DNA of 64,000 nucleotides from Nitrospinales bacterium (GCA_965223345.1 CBDCWG010000001.1:128001-192000); one strand, 5' to 3'. Shown: positions 17,138-30,352, counted from the stretch's first letter. The notes: generated by a model from the sequence alone, not told the origin. Numbers and translations are program-made.

Positions 17138-17485
17138 TCAAAGGGCCTGCTCGATGCTTTGCGCGATTTTCTCTTTGGGTTGCACGCCCACCATCTGCTG
17201 CACACGCTCTGAGTTTTTGAACAGCAGCAGCGCGGGAATGCTGCGGATGCCGTATTGCGCGGCGGTCGCCGGATTCGCATCGACGTCCAGCTTGGCCACA
17301 ACGATGCGGTCGCCGTATTCTTCCGCCAGGGCATCGACGGTGGGAGCCAGCATGTGGCAGGGCTGGCACCAGTCCGCCCAGAAATCCACCAGCACCGGTT
17401 TTCCCGACTGGAGCACCTGGGTTTTAAAATCCGCATCGCTCAGATGCTGCACTCTATGTTTTGTGATCGTGTTTTCCTGTTTCAT
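17138..17485 (-). CDS. Thioredoxin (WCQPC variant)
   Basis: VLVDFWADWCQPC...YGIRSIP. Start is 17485 or 17503. Confidence 0.92.
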   Translation of the reverse strand: MKQENTITKHRVQHLSDADFKTQVLQSGKPVLVDFWADWCQPCHMLAPTVDALAEEYGDRIVVAKLDVDANPATAAQYGIRSIPALLLFKNSERVQQMVGVQPKEKIAQSIEQAL

Positions 17486-17522
17486 TTTTTTTCTCCTTAC
17501 CATGCGCTAAAAAAATTTGCGA

Positions 17523-18260
17523 TCAGTTGCGGCCGCTGACGTAACCGCCGTCCACCGGCAGGATGACGCCGGTGGTGAAGCTCGACGTGGCGAGATGCAG
17601 CACCGCATCGGTGATCTCCTGCACTTCGCCCACCCGGTTCATCAGGGCGACGCCGCCGAGAGCGTCCACGTCCGATTCGCCGTAGAGGGGAGTGCGGATC
17701 ACGCCGGGAGCGACGGCGTTGACCTGGATGCGGTCCTTCGCCAGCTCGCTCGCCAGACTGGTGGTCAGCGCGTGCACGCCGCCTTTGGTGATCAGCGCGG
17801 CACTGGCGGGCACACCGGCCATCGAATGGTTGATGAGCACGGTGCCGATGTTGACGATGTTGCCGCCGCCCTGTTTTTTCATCTGCTTCACCACCGCCTG
17901 CGTCACGAAATAGGTGCCCTTCAGGTTGATGTGGATGTAGCGGTCGATGTCCGCTTCGGTGTTCTCCAGAAACGGTTTCAAGCCGAAGATGCCGGCGTTG
18001 TTGAGCAGCACATCGGCGCTGCCGAAGCGTTCGACGGCGGCGGCCACCATCTTCTCGCCGGTTAGCCGGTCGCCGATGTCGTCGGCAACCAGGGCGATGC
18101 GGTCCGGCTCGCCGAGCTCCCGGGCGGCCGATTGCAGTTTCTCCGGGCTGCGGGAATTGAGCACCAGGTTGAAGCCCTGTTTCAGAAAGCCGCGGGCGGC
18201 GTCGAGCCCGATGCCGCTCGAGGCCCCTGTGATCAGTGCGGTTTTGTTTTGGGTCGTCAT
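17523..18260 (-). CDS. SDR family oxidoreductase with an atypical active site
   Basis: TGASSGIG, NNAG, VNAVAPG and VDGG present; AALITK stands in place of YxxxK. Confidence 0.9.
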   Translation of the reverse strand: MTTQNKTALITGASSGIGLDAARGFLKQGFNLVLNSRSPEKLQSAARELGEPDRIALVADDIGDRLTGEKMVAAAVERFGSADVLLNNAGIFGLKPFLENTEADIDRYIHINLKGTYFVTQAVVKQMKKQGGGNIVNIGTVLINHSMAGVPASAALITKGGVHALTTSLASELAKDRIQVNAVAPGVIRTPLYGESDVDALGGVALMNRVGEVQEITDAVLHLATSSFTTGVILPVDGGYVSGRN

Positions 18261-18327
18261 GGGTGTCACCTCCGAATTGATTGGGTGGGTCGGTTGTGTT
18301 TCACAACCGCTGCCTGCTCCGGTATTT

Positions 18328-18343
18328 AGCAGGATCGGTGCCA
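18328..18343 (-). promoter_or_regulatory. Sigma-54 -24/-12 promoter of the SDR operon
   Basis: Minus strand TGGCACCGATCCTGCT (GG-N10-GC), divergent from a bacterial enhancer-binding protein gene. Confidence 0.82.
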
Positions 18344-18505
18344 ATCGTTTGAAGCGTGTGTAAACTGTTTGTATTTATGGGGTTAGTCGGTCTCGCGTTT
18401 TTTCGGGGTGGTGGCGAAAAATCGCTATTGGTGGAAAATCGTGATGTGTTATTGTGGATGTGACGGAATATCGTGATCAATGATTTGAGCGAGGAGCCTG
18501 AAGCC

Positions 18506-19996
<1,491 letters not shown>

Positions 19997-20196
19997 TCCA
20001 GCGCCTTGACTTTTGTCGCACCAGGGTCACCCAGTCCCATTGTTCTTCAGGAGAGCTGACCCGATCGTTCCCCTTCTCCTGAAAACAGGAGATCGCCGTC
20101 GCTGAATTGTGGAGGTGGCCGAAGACCCCTTGAACACGGCCAGCGCGAAATGAAACAAAATGACTGCCTCAAACTGCTCACAAAAACGATAAGGAT

Positions 20197-21521
20197 ATGA
20201 CTTTCAGGCGCAGAATCGGTGCTGAGCGCATCATGTTGATGCTGCCGCTCAATGTGGTCATGGTCGGACGCATCAGGGGTGAGGTGAATGCCTCTAAGAT
20301 CAGAAATGCACTGGAACTTCTCAGGCATCGCCATCCGCTTCTGTCCGTGCGGGTGGAGATCGATGATGAGAGTACTGGCTGGTATGTTGCTGAAGGTGTT
20401 CCTGAGTTCAAGGTGTACGTTGAGCAGAGACAGAGCGAGGGACAGTGGATTGCCCGTGTGAAAGAAGAGTTCCGCGTACCGTTCCCTTTGGAGACAGGTC
20501 CACTTGTACGTTGTGCCCTTATTCACTCGCCGGAAACATCGGAGATTGTGCTATGTGGACATCACGCTGTCTGCGACGGGATGTCACTTGGATACCTCCT
20601 TCGTGACGTACTCAGTCTCCTGGCTGAACCGGAAAAGCAGGCCGTTGAGTCGTTGGACCCTCCAGTCATCGACTCGACCACGGTGCCCACTCCACCCTCG
20701 ACAAACTGTCTTCTTCGATTTGTTGTGAGCAGAATCAACAAGAATTGGTCGGCGAAGAATATCAGATTCGGGGAGGCAGAAATGCGGCAAATGCACGAGG
20801 AGTTCTGGAAAAAGAATGAACAAGCAAGGGTGCTCGCCTGGAGCATGGATTCGGAGTTAACTTCCGCTTTGGCAGAACGGTGTCGCGCTGAAAAAGTAAC
20901 GGTCAATTCTGCTCTTTGGACCGCATCCTGGCGGCGCAGTCCGACATTCAGGGGCATGGGCAAAGTTTTCGTCAGCGCTCGGCCCTGGCGGTAAACAACC
21001 GGGGCAAACTCACGGTCCCCGTTGGGGAAGCTTTCGGGTTCTTTGCCTCCTCGCTCACACTGAAACTGCCTTATTCTCCCCGTGTCTCTTTCTGGGACAA
21101 TGCAAGAAGAGTGCATTCGAAGATTCTATACGGCCTATCGAGGACAAACATCTTCAGGATGCTCTCTGCAGAAGCGCTCCATCCTACGCTACTCGATTCG
21201 CTTTATTTCAATAAGTATGGACTGCTGGACGAAACGATGCCGAAGGTGTTTCTGCGCAAAATGGGGTGGGACAAAGTCACCTATGGTTATGCACTGACCA
21301 ATGTCGGCCGATTTGAAATTCCGACAACCTATGGGTCACTTCAGCTCGAATCCGTCTATGGGCCTTCCGTCTACTCCGATGTCGATGAGAAAGTAGTCGG
21401 AGTGATCACTGTGGGTGGATGCTTGTCATGCATCCTCACTTACAACGAGCGTATTGTTGGTGATGGTGCAAAGTTGAAAGAAGCTGCGATGGAGCATTTT
21501 GAAAAGGCAATACGCCGCTGA
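20197..21521 (+). pseudogene. Frameshifted condensation-domain/PapA5-like acyltransferase
   Basis: HHAVCDG motif in the first ORF. The protein continues in another frame from about 20926 (SALWTA|LAAQ). Confidence 0.75.
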
Positions 21522-21665
21522 AAAAAAAATTCCGGTATTTAAGATCCACACCGTCAACGCCATCCACCGTCGCCTTGTTGGTGAAAGCGGATAATTTGTC
21601 CAAATAGTCTTTCGCCATCGATCGCAACTGCCCGATACCGCGCAGGTAGAGGCCTCCCGCTTATG

Positions 21666-22238
21666 CTAACGCTTCACGGGAACATCCTCGTGTTCCCGGC
21701 AGATCTTCTGGCTATCGGTTTCCGACAGGGGTTCCAGAGTCAACCCACAACGATAGCTATTTCCCTCCTGTTCAAAGAAACGGCAGGTCCGGCAAACACC
21801 GAAGCTGCGTGAATCGGTCGCCCGCTGCAACCCGCGCAGAAGCTGCATCAGGCTCTCCTCAAGATTCTTTTTCTCTTTTTCGGTCAGAGAGTCCAGCACC
21901 TCAACGAGTAGCGGGGGAGGGATGGATTTTCGCACGACCGCTTTTCCTGAAGCGGTGAGAGAGAGCCGGACGACGCGCCGGTCTTCCCGATCCTGCCGTT
22001 TTTTAATCAGCCCCTTTTCCTCCAACACCAACAGCGACTGGGACACGGTGCCCTTGGTCTGTCCCAGGTAGTCCGTCAACGCCGCCGGCGTGTCGCTGTA
22101 CCGGTTGCATTGCGAAAGGTAATGCAGCGCCTGCAGATGGATCGGCTGCAATCCGTATTCCTGCCCGAGCAGGCGGTCTTCATTGCGCAGCAGGTTCCCG
22201 ATGCGTTCGATGATGTGATGGAGCTGATTTTTTCTCAT
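21666..22238 (-). CDS. MarR family regulator with a C-terminal four-Cys motif
   Basis: Winged HTH (TKGTVSQSL..LEEKGLI...DRRVVRLSLT) plus CRTC...C...C. Start is 22238 or 22256. Confidence 0.9.
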   Translation of the reverse strand: MRKNQLHHIIERIGNLLRNEDRLLGQEYGLQPIHLQALHYLSQCNRYSDTPAALTDYLGQTKGTVSQSLLVLEEKGLIKKRQDREDRRVVRLSLTASGKAVVRKSIPPPLLVEVLDSLTEKEKKNLEESLMQLLRGLQRATDSRSFGVCRTCRFFEQEGNSYRCGLTLEPLSETDSQKICREHEDVPVKR

Positions 22239-22244
22239 AAAAAT

Positions 22245-22314
22245 ATGGTATCGCATCGAAACTAACTTGACAAGGCAAATGTGGGTGCTATATTAGTATT
22301 GAGTCAATACTAAT
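22245..22314. promoter_or_regulatory. Divergent promoter region with two operator palindromes
   Basis: TTGACA(22267)-16-TATATT; perfect 11-1-11 palindrome ATTAGTATTGA-G-TCAATACTAAT (22292-22314); degenerate copy at 22245-22265. Confidence 0.8.
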
Positions 22315-22342
22315 TGAGTTTCCCTTTTTCTGGAGGTGTTGC

Positions 22343-23074
22343 ATGACGAAACCACTCTATTTTTTGTGCTTTTTGGCTTTATCGCTGGGGGCCGCATCCC
22401 CGGCCGGGGCCCATGCCATCGAATCGGCGAAAGATCCGTCCGTGGTGCAATCGTTCGATCTGGTTCGCGCCCGGGTGCATGTGGATGGGCCGGATCTGGT
22501 CTTCGATCAGGTGGTGGCGGACAAGGCAGGGGCCCTGAAACCCACCCCCAGGGGGCAACTGGCCGGCAGCGATGTGTACAGTTATGTGTGGCCGACCTCG
22601 CTCAATTCGTCGGATGTGGGGTTTGAAGCCGATCAGGGGATTCTGGCGCTGGCCATGACGGCCCATCCTGATTTTGATGACACCCCCCTGTACGATGAAA
22701 ACCGCGACGGCAACCCTAAAAACGACGGCGATCTCTGGCACAGTCACTGGGTCGTCCTGGTGAAGGATGACGCCTGCGGTCCGGACGCGTTGAAGGTCAA
22801 GGACATTCCCGAAGGCACGCATCCCAGGTTGCCGGTGACGTGGCCGGAACTCCCCATCCTCATCGACAGCCCCGGTTACGAGCCCCGCCTCAAGGACGAT
22901 GCGGTCACGATCCGGGTCCCTTTAAAGGATCTGGCTTTTCAGACCGACTTTCGTTTTGACGGCGTGACGGCCGGCCTGCGGGTCAATGAGAGCGTCCACA
23001 ACCCCCTGCTGTGCGTGGTGGATGTGCACGACGTCGCGTCTGTGGATCTGAGTCTTCCCGGAGCGGTGGAGTGA
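22343..23074 (+). CDS. Secreted protein of unknown function
   Basis: GGAGG RBS, signal peptide ending AGA, motifs HPDFDDTP and WHSHWVVL, two Cys in the mature protein. Confidence 0.82.
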   Translation: MTKPLYFLCFLALSLGAASPAGAHAIESAKDPSVVQSFDLVRARVHVDGPDLVFDQVVADKAGALKPTPRGQLAGSDVYSYVWPTSLNSSDVGFEADQGILALAMTAHPDFDDTPLYDENRDGNPKNDGDLWHSHWVVLVKDDACGPDALKVKDIPEGTHPRLPVTWPELPILIDSPGYEPRLKDDAVTIRVPLKDLAFQTDFRFDGVTAGLRVNESVHNPLLCVVDVHDVASVDLSLPGAVE

Positions 23075-23212
23075 GAACGGCTGGCATCGGACTGGCGGGT
23101 TGCGGCCTGCCAGTCCACCGCCTGAATTGCATAGCTTGAAAAGGTGGGGAAGGTTGCAACGAAAAATGGGCCCCGGCGCAAACCGGGACCCATTCTGATT
23201 TGATGTGAATGG

Positions 23213-23357
23213 CGAAAGAAAATGCAAACCGAAACCGGATGGTCTTGCCCGTTGTGAGCAAACCCGCCCTCCGCGGAGGAGTGGGGCAGTGGGAAAAGTC
23301 TGAACCCGAGCCAGGAAACAATGCACGGCGCGAGCAAACTCCCCCCACGGGTAGTGG
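23213..23357 (-). repeat. tRNA-linked trailer repeat, tandem copies B (23289-23357) and C (~23213-23284, degenerate)
   Basis: B matches copy A. C keeps AACCGAAACC-N17-GTGAGCAAAC...GGAGTGG with the same spacing as copy A. Confidence 0.72.
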
Positions 23358-23431
23358 TGGGCCCACCAGGATTCGAACCTGGGACAACCCGGTTATGAGC
23401 CGGGGGCTCTAACCAACTGAGCTATGGGCCC
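23355..23431 (-). tRNA. tRNA with CAT anticodon, most likely tRNA-Ile2 (lysidine)
   Basis: GGGCCCATAGCTCAGTTGGTTAGAGCCCCCGGCTCATAACCGGGTTGTCCCAGGTTCGAATCCTGGTGGGCCCACCA. It has a paired 1:72 position and lies just downstream of rpoD, near where E. coli ileX lies. Confidence 0.9.
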
Positions 23432-23445
23432 CCGTGTAAAGGGGG

Positions 23446-25212
<1,767 letters not shown>

Positions 25213-25272
25213 CGCCGCGGTTTCTCCTAATTAAAAACGGGGTGATCGGTTCACGTTAGGGTCGTTGGTTCA

Positions 25273-27045
25273 TCATCCGGGAGACAAAGTCATCTGCAAC
25301 TCGCGCAGCCGGCTGTGAATCTCGCGCGAACGTTCGGATTCTCCGGCTTTCTCGGCTTCGTTTCTCTGTTTTTTCAATTCCCTGATTTTCGTCTCCAGAT
25401 TTCTTTTTCTCAGCACCCGCAGGCAATCGGCGGCCCCTTTGACGGGATCCTCGAAAGCGATCGGTTCCAGGCCGATCCGCGTGAGCAGCGCTTTGATTTC
25501 CGGAACGTCCGTCTGGTCCAACATGCGATCGATCTGGATCGGCATGTCCCTGGCCAACAGATCGAAAATCAGCGCCACCACCGAGCGGATGCCGGGATCG
25601 GCAAAATCTTCCGGCGCGGCGCGTTCCCGGACTTCTCCGGCAATTTTCTTATCGGACAGCATCAAGTGAACTAAATACAGTTCCGGATCCTGTTTGCTGC
25701 GGGTCCTTTCGACCGGCGCGGGTACGGTTCTCTGATTCTGCTCCAGGGCCTTTTTGATCTCCTGAAGCAGCGGTTTGTCCTCGACGCCCACTTTGTCCGA
25801 GAAAAACCGCACCCACTCGTTCCTCTCCAGCGGGTTTTTCACCTTGAGGAGCAGGGGCAGCACCCGGTTCACGATCTCCATCCGGCCGGAAGGGGTTCGC
25901 ACGTCGCCTTTTGCAATAGCGTTCTCAATATTAGATTCAATAAACGGCTTTGCGTTTTCAATTTGTTTTAAAAAGGATTCCGGGCCGAATTCGCGAATAT
26001 AGGAGTCCGGATCGTGACCGTTCGGAAGAACAGTGACTTTCACCTTCATCCCGTGCTCGAAAAGCACATCGAAACCCCGCTCCGCCGCCGTCTGGCCCGC
26101 CGGGTCCGCATCGAACACCAGAACCGCCTGATCCGTCTGGTTTTTCAGCAGGCCGACCTGCGCCGGGGTGAGCGCGGTGCCGCAGGTCGCCACCGAATGG
26201 GCGATTCCGTGCTGGGCGGCGCGGATCTGGTCGAAATACCCCTCGACGATGAGAACCTGGTTCTGCCTGCGGATCGCCTCCCGGGCTCTATCCAGCCCGA
26301 ACAGGGTGCGCCCCTTTTTGTACAGCTCGGTTTCCGGCGAGTTGAGATATTTGGGCTGATCCTCGCCGATCACCCGGCCGGCGAAACCGATGATCTTCCC
26401 GTAAAGATCCTTCAGCGGAAACATGATGCGGCCGCGAAATCGGTCGTAATGGTCCGTGCCGCCTTCCTTTTGCACGATCAGCCCCGCCTGCGCCAGGCCC
26501 TGGCGCGTAATCTCCGGTTTTTTCCCGAGGGCTGCGATCAGGTTTCTCCAGCCCGGCGGCGCCCACCCGAGCTGGTATTCCTTGAGAATTCGGTCCTCCA
26601 GGTCCCGGGACTTAATGTATTCCCTCGCCGGTTTGCCCGCAACCGGATGGTTCAATGCCTGCTGAAAATAGTCCGCCGTCACCCGGTTGATGGCGTACAG
26701 ACGCTCGCGTTCCCGGTGCGCTTTCTCCTGGTACGGGCTCCGCTCGGGGGAGGGCAGCTCCACCGACGCCCGCGGCGCCAGGATCTTCAGAACCTCGATG
26801 AAGGGGAGGCTCCGCGTCTCCATCAGGAACTTGAACACATTGCCGCCCGCACCGCAACCGAAGCAATGGTAGATCTGTTTGTCCGGGCTCACCGTGAAGG
26901 AAGGGGTTTTTTCCGAATGGAACGGGCAAAGACCCTTGTGGTTTTTGCCGCTCTTTTTCAGAAGCACCACATCCGACACGATCTCCACAATGTCCGTGCG
27001 GGACCGGATTTCCTCGATGATGTGTTCCGGTATCGATCGGTTCAA
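25273..27045 (-). CDS. dnaG: DNA primase
   Basis: CPFH...CFGC zinc finger, YLNSPET, TOPRIM motifs EGYFD and FDAD. The start is uncertain (TTG 27045 or ATG 27084). Confidence 0.96.
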   Translation of the reverse strand: MNRSIPEHIIEEIRSRTDIVEIVSDVVLLKKSGKNHKGLCPFHSEKTPSFTVSPDKQIYHCFGCGAGGNVFKFLMETRSLPFIEVLKILAPRASVELPSPERSPYQEKAHRERERLYAINRVTADYFQQALNHPVAGKPAREYIKSRDLEDRILKEYQLGWAPPGWRNLIAALGKKPEITRQGLAQAGLIVQKEGGTDHYDRFRGRIMFPLKDLYGKIIGFAGRVIGEDQPKYLNSPETELYKKGRTLFGLDRAREAIRRQNQVLIVEGYFDQIRAAQHGIAHSVATCGTALTPAQVGLLKNQTDQAVLVFDADPAGQTAAERGFDVLFEHGMKVKVTVLPNGHDPDSYIREFGPESFLKQIENAKPFIESNIENAIAKGDVRTPSGRMEIVNRVLPLLLKVKNPLERNEWVRFFSDKVGVEDKPLLQEIKKALEQNQRTVPAPVERTRSKQDPELYLVHLMLSDKKIAGEVRERAAPEDFADPGIRSVVALIFDLLARDMPIQIDRMLDQTDVPEIKALLTRIGLEPIAFEDPVKGAADCLRVLRKRNLETKIRELKKQRNEAEKAGESERSREIHSRLRELQMTLSPG

Positions 27046-27300
27046 CGTTTCAGGACCTTTCGCCCCATCGCCGTGAAGCCGCACGCAATGCCGCCGCCGC
27101 GGCCGCCGGGATACGATCTCGACTCGACCTGAGTGGACATTTGATGATTCAACCGTTTTGTTCAGGCAACGCCACAGCGTTGCGGGCTGCTTTGGACCCC
27201 GTTGGGTTCAGCGTGTTCCCAAAAATATCAACCGGGTCGATCCCCTTGGGAGAGTGTTCCGATTTCTACCGCCACGATTACAGAAGGGAAGAGAAAAAAC

Positions 27301-27750
27301 TTACGAATTCAAACGTTCGCCGACCAGATCCTTGATCAATTTGTTGTCCGCTTTTCCCTTGAATTCGGGAACCAGCACCTTCATCACTTTTCCAAGATCG
27401 GATGGGCTTTTTGCATCCAACTCTTCAACCACTTCCTGAACGCGCTGCCGGAGCACGTCCTCCGAAACCTGCTCCGGAAGGTACTTGAGCAGCACCTCCA
27501 TCTCCTGCCTTTCCTGATCCGCCAGTTCCTTGCGCTGGCCTTTTTCGAAATGCTCGATCGCTTCCTTTCTTTTTTTGATCTGTGTGGACACGATCGACAT
27601 CACCGCCTCGTCGTCCAGATCCTTTTGTCCGAGCTGGATCTCCTGGTTTTTGATCTCGGTGTTGAGACCGCGGATGGTGTTGAGGCGCAACGAGTCTCGG
27701 GCCTTCATGGCCCCTTTCAGGTCGGAATGGAGTAGTTCCTTTAAACTCAT
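27301..27750 (-). CDS. yqeY: GatB/YqeY domain protein
   Basis: LKGAMKARD, KKRKEAIEHF, YLPEQ, DLGKVM, GKAD; upstream of dnaG. Confidence 0.92.
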   Translation of the reverse strand: MSLKELLHSDLKGAMKARDSLRLNTIRGLNTEIKNQEIQLGQKDLDDEAVMSIVSTQIKKRKEAIEHFEKGQRKELADQERQEMEVLLKYLPEQVSEDVLRQRVQEVVEELDAKSPSDLGKVMKVLVPEFKGKADNKLIKDLVGERLNS

Positions 27751-28019
27751 AGGGTTATAAATCGAGTAAATGGGAGAATATAAGGACCCGGCCCGGATTT
27801 GTCAATACCCCGGCGGGTGTTTCTGCTCTCCGTCAAACGGCACGCGAAATAGAGTTATTTGGTTGAAAAACAATGAGTTGGATTGGAGATTGCGTCTGCG
27901 GGGGCGCTGCGGCCCGAAAATCCTTCACCCTCACTGCAAATTATAGCTCATCTGCCGGGGTTTGGGGATTAATTTTGCTTTTTTAAACGGCGTTTAAGGG
28001 AGAGGGAGGGTGAGGCCCT

Positions 28020-28105
28020 CCGGCCTGCCTTCGAGACCCCCGCGGCGGGTCCGCTGTGGGACCGCATGCTGCTCGCATTGGCGGCGGGGGCCGAAGACAG
28101 ACCGG
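28020..28105 (-). other. Branched stem-loop element, candidate structured RNA
   Basis: 15 bp stem with G-U pairs, a 7 bp GC stem and two internal hairpins; pairs better on the minus strand. Confidence 0.55.
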
Positions 28106-28137
28106 GGATCCGTCATGCGGCTTTCATCGTTGCGGAA

Positions 28138-28530
28138 TTATTTGCAAAGCACTTTGACATCGGAGGTTCCGCCGGTGACGTTCACGATGCGGGCGTCGTC
28201 CACATGGATGGCGTCAGCTCCGTGCCAGCCTTCGGCCATCTCATAGCTGCCGCCCAGTTCGTAGCTCTTGCTGCCTTTGGGTTGCAGCATGTCGTGCGAA
28301 TAGTTCGCGCCGTTTCCCAGAATGACCTGCACTTCGGCATCCTGATCGCTCATATTTTCGATCTTGAAGCTTTTGTCGCAATAGGTGGTGGTTCCCGGCG
28401 CCAGGATGGTTTCGCTGCCTTTCATGTCCTCAACGAACCAGGGATCCACATCGGCCGCACCGGCCACAGAGTGAACGCCGAATATCGCGAAGCAAACCAG
28501 AAACACAAACACTGCTTTTTTCGTATGCAT
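28138..28530 (-). CDS. Small secreted protein of unknown function
   Basis: AGGAG RBS; signal peptide MHTKKAVFVFLVCFAIFGVHSVAGA; two Cys in the mature part. Confidence 0.8.
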   Translation of the reverse strand: MHTKKAVFVFLVCFAIFGVHSVAGAADVDPWFVEDMKGSETILAPGTTTYCDKSFKIENMSDQDAEVQVILGNGANYSHDMLQPKGSKSYELGGSYEMAEGWHGADAIHVDDARIVNVTGGTSDVKVLCK

Positions 28531-28675
28531 TTTTCCGACTCCTTTAAAAGTTGCCGAACAAATTAGAGAGCGCGCAGGGTCCCGGGAAAACACCCGGCTT
28601 ATAGGGAAGGGCTCTATCGTATCCCCGAACTGCATCGGACAAAACCCCTTGCGGTTTGATTGATAAAGCCTATAT

Positions 28676-28691
28676 TGCAACTCATATGCCG
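28676..28691 (-). promoter_or_regulatory. Sigma-54 -24/-12 promoter
   Basis: Minus strand CGGCATATGAGTTGCA (GG-N10-GC), divergent from an enhancer-binding protein gene. Confidence 0.75.
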
Positions 28692-28912
28692 ATACATTCA
28701 TCTGCGCATCCCGTTCATATCCTTGGGCTTATCTCGACGCCCCGCCGGAGGGGCGGAAGCTGTCCGGCCGGTTTCAACCGGCGCCCGAAGGAATTCCTCT
28801 TAAAGTAGCTGATTTCATTGAGTTCTATCGGCTCGTCCAAAATTCACGCAACGGCGGAATTTCGCCGCCTGCGCAACTCATAAAAAACCTCACATTCCTG
28901 TCAGAGGGAACC

Positions 28913-30352
28913 ATGAAATACGATCTGGAATACGTTCTCGACAGCGCTCTGGATGGCGTTTTTATCGTCGCCAGCGACCGGCGGCTCGTGCTGTTCAACC
29001 GCGCCTGCGAAGAACTCTATGGCATTTCAAGAGACAGTGTGCTGAACGAAGCCTGTCTGGTGATCGAAGAGTTGAAAAAAACACTGAAACAACACGGAGG
29101 GGAAAAACAGCCCGGTTATGGGGAACTGGCCAGCAAGAAAGAGAGCATGATCGTGGCGCACAAGGGAGGCCGCACCGTGTGGGTCGAGACCACCTTCACG
29201 CCCATCTACGACCGGGAAAACGGCGACATCGCCTACGTGATGGGGGTGGTCAAGGATCAGACCGAACAGATGCAGCTGGAGCGGGAGAAAGAAAAGCTCA
29301 TCGCCCAGTTGGGACGCATGCGGCAGGACCTGGAAAAGCGCTACGATTTTCCCGACATCGTCGGCCGCGCCTCCAGCATCCTGCATACCCTGAAGCTGAC
29401 CGGCGAGGTGGCGCGGCAGAACACCACGGTTTTGATTCTGGGGGAAAGCGGAACCGGCAAGGAGCTGCTCGCCAAGGCCATCCACTACAACAGTCCCCGG
29501 TCCGAGCATCCGTTTGTGGCGATCAACTGCTCGGCGTTTCCCGACACGCTGATCGAAAGCGAGCTGTTCGGCTACGAAAAGGGAGCGTTCACCGGGGCGG
29601 AAAAAACCAAACCCGGCAAAGTGCAGCTCGCTGCCGGCGGCACCCTGTTTCTCGATGAGATCACCGAAATGAGCGCGCCCGCCCAGGCCAAGATGCTGCG
29701 CGTGATTCAGGAGCGCGAGTACCAGCCGTTGGGCGGTGTCCGCACGCTCAAGGCGGATATCCGCATCATCGCCGCCACCAACAAGGACATCCAGAAGCTG
29801 GTGCGCATGGGAAAATTCCGCGAGGACCTGTATTACCGCCTGTACGTGTACCCGATCACCATCCCGCCGTTGCGCGAGCGTCCCGAAGACATCCCGGTGC
29901 TGATCGACGCCTTCATCAAGAAGCTGAACCTGGAGATGGGGCGGCAGATTCAGGGGATGAAACCCGAGGCGATGGACGTGCTGCTGAACTACCACTGGCC
30001 CGGAAACGTGCGCGAGTTGCAGAACGTCGTCGAGCGGCTGATGATCCTCTCCAGCAACGACATCGTGGAGATCGGCGATCTGCCGGGGTATCTGAGGGAA
30101 GGGGAACGCCGGGTGCCCGCCGCCGCCGATCCGGGCAACTGGGCCGCGCTCCCGGAGCGGTTTTCGCTCGATCAGTACGTGCAGCGCTGCGAAAGCACGC
30201 TGTTGCTCAACGCCTGGAAAAAATCCGGTTTCAACAAGACCCAGGCCGCCCGCAAGCTCGGGCTTTCGCGCTCGACGTTCCGGTACAAATTATCCAAGGT
30301 GCCGCAGGAGATGCTCGATTCCGCGCAGGCCGCGGGAAAAAACCTCGGGTGA
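28913..30352 (+). CDS. PAS-domain sigma-54-dependent transcriptional activator
   Basis: PAS domain, [24 protein letters not shown], Fis-type HTH. Confidence 0.95.
   Translation: MKYDLEYVLDSALDGVFIVASDRRLVLFNRACEELYGISRDSVLNEACLVIEELKKTLKQHGGEKQPGYGELASKKESMIVAHKGGRTVWVETTFTPIYDRENGDIAYVMGVVKDQTEQMQLEREKEKLIAQLGRMRQDLEKRYDFPDIVGRASSILHTLKLTGEVARQNTTVLILGESGTGKELLAKAIHYNSPRSEHPFVAINCSAFPDTLIESELFGYEKGAFTGAEKTKPGKVQLAAGGTLFLDEITEMSAPAQAKMLRVIQEREYQPLGGVRTLKADIRIIAATNKDIQKLVRMGKFREDLYYRLYVYPITIPPLRERPEDIPVLIDAFIKKLNLEMGRQIQGMKPEAMDVLLNYHWPGNVRELQNVVERLMILSSNDIVEIGDLPGYLREGERRVPAAADPGNWAALPERFSLDQYVQRCESTLLLNAWKKSGFNKTQAARKLGLSRSTFRYKLSKVPQEMLDSAQAAGKNLG

Noticed and set aside
16342..17436. 364 aa ORF as a thioredoxin-hydrolase fusion
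   Set aside because: The extension is an alternative frame of the thioredoxin gene; the hydrolase has its own RBS, ATG (17079) and signal peptide.
23355..23431. Initiator tRNA-fMet
   Set aside because: It has a G1-C72 pair and lacks the GGG/CCC anticodon stem. Elongator Met cannot be fully excluded.
27130..27300. 6S RNA or SRP RNA in the yqeY-dnaG spacer or at 28020-28105
   Set aside because: No long 6S-type rod with a central bubble and no SRP helix-8 GGAA/AGCAG arrangement could be built by eye.
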